DNA from: Auanema rhodensis
Taxonomy: Eukaryota; Animalia; Nematoda
Length of the DNA: 64,000 nt
Direction: 5' to 3'
NCBI GenBank assembly: GCA_964057225.1
Contig: OZ059900.1
Coordinates: 6,448,001 to 6,512,000 of the forward strand
A program made the position numbers and the translations under genes. Of this stretch, positions 58,101 through 64,000 are shown piece by piece (the first letter of the stretch is position 1; each line of letters opens with the position of its first letter). The notes beneath the pieces were generated by a model. That model ran no database searches. It saw nothing but the letters and a program-made list of their open reading frames with translations, and was not told where the DNA came from.

Positions 58101-61100
58101 CTTCTTCTGATGATTTTAGCTTATTTTGAAGCTCAGTTATCTGAAGGAGATACTGTGCAAGTTTTGACAATTGATTATACCTGAGTCTGTTGTTGGGCCA
58201 TTTTTTCATTGATTCGTCTAATTTCATTATCACGAGTGCGGATTGCCTGTCTAACAGCATTGATAGATTCAGTTGCTGGAACAGTATCGGGTACAGGAGA
58301 AATTGATCGAGTTCTCAAAGATCTGTCATCTGAACGGCGTGAAATCTTGAGAATGCGATATAATCCTCTGTGAGCCTCAGCAAGTTGCTCTTCATTTCTT
58401 CTAAGAGCTGTTGATTGCTCTTGGCTTTTCATTTCTTCATCTTCCAGCTTCTTCTGGAGCTCCAAATTGTTGTTGATAGCAGATTCGTATCTGTGTTTGT
58501 ATGTAGACTTGTTATATTTATTGAAATTCTTACTTTTTAATCAAGTCGTTATACATTTCTGTTGTGATTTCCTCTCCATCATTCACATTACGGATGCTTT
58601 TGAGATGTTCCAAAATAGCTCTTGTTCCATCATCGCCTCCTCCATGTCCTCGACGAAGCTCTTTAACCAATTCGTAGAAATTGATATCAATATTAGTATT
58701 TCCGCCGCTTCCTTCAGCTCCGAGTAAACGGTTTACAATACTCGGGCTCTGAAAAATGTTAATAGTTTTCAATAGTATTACAATTGGAGAATCCTACTTC
58801 TGACGTTTCTGCTACATTAGCAACATTGCGGATCATTCTTTTCATCTCAGTTCTTTGATTATCAAGATCATCTTCAGTTTGCTGTTTCAATGTAGCAAAC
58901 TGTTTGCGAACTTTTTGCAAATCAGTCCACAAATCAAGCATTTTCTGCTGTTCGTCACTCAAATATTGGGTCAAATTCTGTAATCATAAGCTATTTACCC
59001 AGTCATCCAAATGAGATATTACCTTGTTCTTATTAATGTAACTACGTTCTTTCTCTCTATATTCTCTTTCAAAGTGCTCATAATCGCGTCGTAATCTTTC
59101 ATTTTCATCTTCCAATCTGTCACGTTGAGCTCGTTCATGCTCCCATTGAGTACGATATTCTTCGACTCTGAAACGACAAGTTATTTTTGTTTTCAAAAAA
59201 TTGTAGCTTGTCATAGCAGTAAGCATTAATATATGCCTTAGGGAATACGCTGTCCAGTGACAGCCGGCGACAAGTAAATATTGCCTGGGGAAAAAATTTT
59301 TCATCTGCCCAAGGTTTTTTATTTTGAGAAAAAAGAAAAGATGCTATACCTTTTCATTTCGTCTTCAAGTCGTGCTCGGATTTCGAAATTGGCATTTCCG
59401 TCTCCTACTAGTACCGTTCCCATGCCACCTCCTGCGCCGCCACCTTGCATTAGTCCACGCGATGGGCTCCAAATTTCAACATCACGTCTGGAATTTTGTT
59501 AGAAGTCTGGAGAAAAGCCTTATATTATAAATACATGTATGTATTGGTGGAATCAATGCTATCAACATTGATGATGTTTGTGGTTAATGGTTTATCCGGC
59601 ATACGAATACCTTCTGTCACAAGTTTTTTTTCCAATTGTGCCAGATGTGCACGATAATCATGTACCTTAAGCAGATAGGTTAATCACATATTTCTGTATC
59701 GAAAGACTTTATTCTGGAGGTTCGCCATCATTTCAGAATATTCTTTTTGCTGTTCAACATTGTTATCAATACGTTGCTTGAACTTGTTCAGATCGCTCTG
59801 AGTACGGTCTAAACGTGCAGCAGAAGCTCCTTCCAGATCTAACAAAAGATCATCATCGAATGATGAGATGTGATAATCATTTTCACCATTTGTGTCCCTG
59901 AAATTTTAAAATTCTGTTCTTGAGACTCCAATATGTTTCATTGTTCCAAATTTAATAACGAAGTTAAAAAGTTTTATTTCATTTTTATATGAAACATTAT
60001 TGAAGCTTTATGAGTACTTTTATGCTAACTCACCAGAAAAATTCTCCATAATGAGAACGGGAACCTGGACTTTCCGGAGTTGGCTCCTTCACTGGCTCAT
60101 TTGTAGGAATTTGAATTTCACCACCATCCTCAGGCGGTCCGTTACTTGGAATCTGAATCTCATCCTTATCCGAAAGATGAGATTCGGAATCCATTACTTG
60201 ATCAAACCCTGTAAACAGGTGATTCGCATGGAAAAAGACAAATTTATAAATTTATGGTTAACACATAGATTAAATAAGTGTTATTAGTGAGGACTGTAAA
60301 ATGTTTCTGTGTGAATTTCTTGAAAGGCTATCAGAATATAAGCGAATAATGAAAAAAAATAAAATAAAACGTAAATTATAAGGAAGAAGATGTGAAAGCC
60401 GAACAAATCTGAATCAACTATTTGTATTGTTCAGCAATTGAAAGAAGACTGAAGTTCGAATCTCCTAATTGAGTTCAACGCACACTATGTATAAGGCATG
60501 CAATACAACAATGACTAACTATTGATCTAAATTAGGCTAGCAAGCTGGACGAACATTAGAAACAGATAGGCAGAATCACACAAACGCAAATTGATGCAGT
60601 TAATTTGGAAATTGGACGAGCAGATGGAAAAGATAGAAGGAGTCGAACTGCTTCGACACAGATTTTGTGCGTGCAAGCTTTAGGGGTTGAGCGGCATCAT
60701 GAAAAAGCCTTGCTTACGCGAGAGAGACAAAGTGAGCAATTTATTGGTTTGTTTGGTTTTCCTCGCTCATTTCTCCAGAATGGACTCTCGCAGAGTGCCA
60801 TTTCAGAATCAACCAATATATCTTTCAAATTATTTGTTGAGATACATCAGCTCATGATTATTTTTCACACATCGTTAAGAAGAGGAAAGCTACTTAAGCA
60901 TTTAATTGAAAGCACTCGAGATTTACATAAAAAAAAGGGATATGCTTTTTAGGAAAGCTATTCTAAAGTTTAGCTTAGATTTAGTAATCAAAACTTTAAA
61001 ACGACTAAAAACGGTTGGTTAGCTAACATAAATTTAACATTTTTAGTTATTTCTTTTTTTCTTAAACGTGATACCTTCTTCCTCAAAGTTGGTAACGTGA

Positions 61101-61309
61101 CTCTGGCTAGTGTCCGGTCGTTTGACGGCGAGCTCGTACGCGCTGAGCACACGTACGTGGACCTTTTTTCCAAAATGAAAATCGAGACAGCCGGCGTTAT
61201 GTGGCTCCGACTGACTAGAACCCGGACGATTGCTACTGTCGGATGATTCGTTTCTACTACGCGAAGTTGTTGTCTGTATACAGCCTCTAACAGCTGAGCT
61301 GAGGAACAT
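52119..61309 (-). CDS. lfi-1: Rootletin-family giant coiled-coil protein (lfi-1/major antigen-like), nested in the PI4K2 intron
   Basis: Many in-frame exons of heptad coiled coil; [73 protein letters not shown]; exon 1 (ATG 61309, preceded by TGA) joins 60034-60208 and downstream exons in phase; stop at 52119. Confidence 0.88.
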
Positions 61310-61757
61310 TCAAGGTGAATCGGAACATTTGATGATACAGTTGAGCTTCTTTATTCAATAAGTTGTTGATTATGAAGAAGAGAGTAGACTATGAATAGAT
61401 CTGTAGAAACGTTGAGTTCCCTGCTGTAACAATTGAATAACAATGGTAGACCTCATATTTATCTTTAAGTCAATTAAGAATTGAATTCGAAAAAAGATAA
61501 AGATTAACGTTTTCTAATCCATTTCAATAATTTTCTGTACAAACTTCATATTCTCAGTTTCAATAATAATTATGATTTCTAGCTGTGAGTAATCGTGTTG
61601 ATTATATGTGAATTTATCAGCTTATGAATTGGAAATGATATTAAGAGAAACGTTAGTCTTTCATCTTGGATGTGAATATAAAACATAAATAAATTAAAAC
61701 GTTGTAAATAAATATAATCCCTGCGTTATTTGTGGTCAATCAGTCATTCACAATCTT

Positions 61758-61770
61758 GTTGCTAGGATAC
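61758..61770 (-). promoter_or_regulatory. RFX/DAF-19 X-box-like element
   Basis: GTATCC-T-AGCAAC on - strand, ~450 bp upstream of the lfi-1-like ATG. Confidence 0.35.
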
Positions 61771-64000
61771 CGTTCTATATTTTAGTTTTGCTTAAGCGCA
61801 CCTACGAGATTGGGTGTATATTTATGAATGTGGGTTATTCACCTTCTCTGCCGATCTAAGCGGAATTACTGCCATTGATTGAATTTTTGATATATTACAG
61901 CTATGATGCTTTAATTAGAATAAAGCAAATACGAGCCAAATATGTAATATTTTTGGAGATTCAATGTGTTAGTAGAGAAATACAATGATTGGAAAAACAA
62001 ATGAAGTCTCCTCATGATGAATAAAATAAAAATGAGCTGTTGGTTTATTGCGTTTCAGCTATGAGTAATAAGGTTCGTAGATTACTCTATAAACGACGAG
62101 ACTGCATAGATTTGTGATTATATTATGAATTTTTTTCTCAGAAAGGGGAAGAGCGATATTTTTTTCGAAATCGAACAAACAACTGAGTATTTGCCTTTGC
62201 TTTCTTTTTTTTAAAAGAAATTCGAAAATTGTAATTCAATAGTCCATAGGTACAAATATAAACTTGACTAAAACATATTTTCAAAACGGATAAATCAAGT
62301 TGCTTTACTTGAAAGTAACCGGCTTTCTTATGAGTTCTTCTTTATTTTCAAAAACTTTACGATGCAATGTAAGAGTGAGATTGTTGTTTTGGCAAGCTTG
62401 AACCGCTTAATTTTTGCATATAGGTTAAAAAAACTGCTTATTTTGTGTTTTGTGAAGAAAATCCAAGGCATGACTAAAAAAGCAATACTAGCGTTATATG
62501 AGGTGAAAACTTTGAAACAATAAGCATATATTTGAAAATGTGATTGAATTGTGTGAAAAATGCATTTTAACTGGAGAAATACAACACGAACGATTAATTC
62601 TTGTACTGCATTACGCAAATAAACATGACTGTACCTAAGACAGTGAATTAGAACAAAAGTAATGAAGCACAAGAATTGGGAAAGCAAGTGAAATCGACAC
62701 ATCTTTACGTGAATTGGAGACTGATAGAGAGCTTCAAAGATATACATATATAATAGTGAAGTGTCACAATATATATTTATAAATATCTATCAATAATAAT
62801 TTTGTGGTAGTAACCAGATAAGCCAACTTAAGCCGGCTATTGCTGGCCAAAGATTATTATTAGAAGTGAACAAGCAGTGAGAAATATGGATATGTAATTA
62901 TACGGCTGAAATGAGTATTTGTGATTCTCTGATATAGCGAACAATAAAAAACAAAAACTATGATATGGAAGTCTTATTGTGAATTGGATAAGCAAATATT
63001 TCTGTTTTTCTGTCAAACAGTTACTCGAAACTTCTATTTTTTAGTTATAACGAATATTCTTCAGAATTTGAAATACAGAATTAAATGTTTCGACTTTTGA
63101 TATTTCCAACCAAAAGTTGGTTATATAAATTATTTTGCCCACAATACATACAAGTTGAAACAGTGGCTTTGGGAATTCAAAAGCATTGAAGTGAATATAA
63201 AGCCAGTTCTCATTAAATTGACTCAGAATTCATAAAGTTAGTGTTAAGTGAAATACGTACAAGCAGAAGAAATATGATAAATGTGCAAAGAAGTAGGTTA
63301 TGATAATTGAGAAAAAACAATAAAGTGATCGAAAAAGTTATATGGTGCAAGCTTAGAAGGAAGAGACCGCATCTGCAAATGTATATGTATGTGTATGCCA
63401 ACACATTATTCTTTTCCTCTTCCATCTCTCCACCCTGTGCTCTATCTCACTTTCTTTCCTATTACTCGTTTTCCTCTATCTCTGCTAATGTTTCTCTTAT
63501 GCGCTCCCAGCGCTGTTGCCACTGCTAGTGAGGTTGATTGTTAAAAGCGGAAACACTGCGACGAAATAACGGAGAAGACGAAGCAATGAGCTAGAAATGA
63601 ATAAGAATAGACAAGAATGTGCAACATTCCAACATGAGCAAAAATGAACAGCTATCTAAATTGTTAACTGCTCTTTGGCCCCGCTACCCAATAAAAGAAA
63701 GAAAATTATTGAGGCTGGAGCGCCATTTCAAAACCTCGCAAAGCCATGAAACACACGAAAAGATGCCTAGAAGAGGATACACACTTTCCAGAAGGCTTAG
63801 CCCCACTGCTGGGCATCGATCGTCAAATGCGTGTTATTGGTTGTTGGTCGGTTGGTTGCTTTTTCGGCCAGCCGACTTCAATAAGCCAAACAGGGTAAAC
63901 GAGGGCTATGGATATTATGAAGCTTTGCGGGCTTGACATGCTAATGACGCTACGTCTTCGACGGCCATTCTCTGCTTCTCTGTCTTTGTTGTATCTTTCT

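Noticed and set aside
59245-59268. CAGTGA loop resembling an iron-responsive element
   Set aside because: Upper stem does not pair in IRE register and the site is intronic
63619-63936. ORF ending GYGYYEALRA as PI4K2 continuation
   Set aside because: Does not match GYLSEAGA and stops immediately

Overview
AT-rich (~30% GC by eye), intron-dense nematode genomic DNA (many 43-55 nt GT-AG introns, TTTTCAG/TTTTAG acceptors; species not determinable). Gene models assembled by hand, left to right: two small orphans (-), HAPSTR1/C16orf72 (-), TXNDC11-like (+), CLPTM1 (-), sek-1/MKK3-6 (-), ~11.7 kb divergent intergenic region, syd-2/liprin-alpha (+), a probably decayed F-box-like locus, an orphan and an atypical RING gene (+), an SMYD set-30-like methyltransferase (-), and the 5' part of a type II PI 4-kinase (+) whose >12 kb intron contains a complete antisense rootletin/lfi-1-like gene (-). 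Most interesting: the nested PI4K2/lfi-1 arrangement with apparent C. elegans ZC8 microsynteny, a repeated IxIPxNG linker motif in LFI-1, a C2H2C4 RING orphan, and a TXNDC11 lacking its active-site Cys. No CRISPR, rRNA, tRNA or intact transposon recognised, and nothing I can call a demonstrated new system. Homology calls are from recalled motifs, not database searches.
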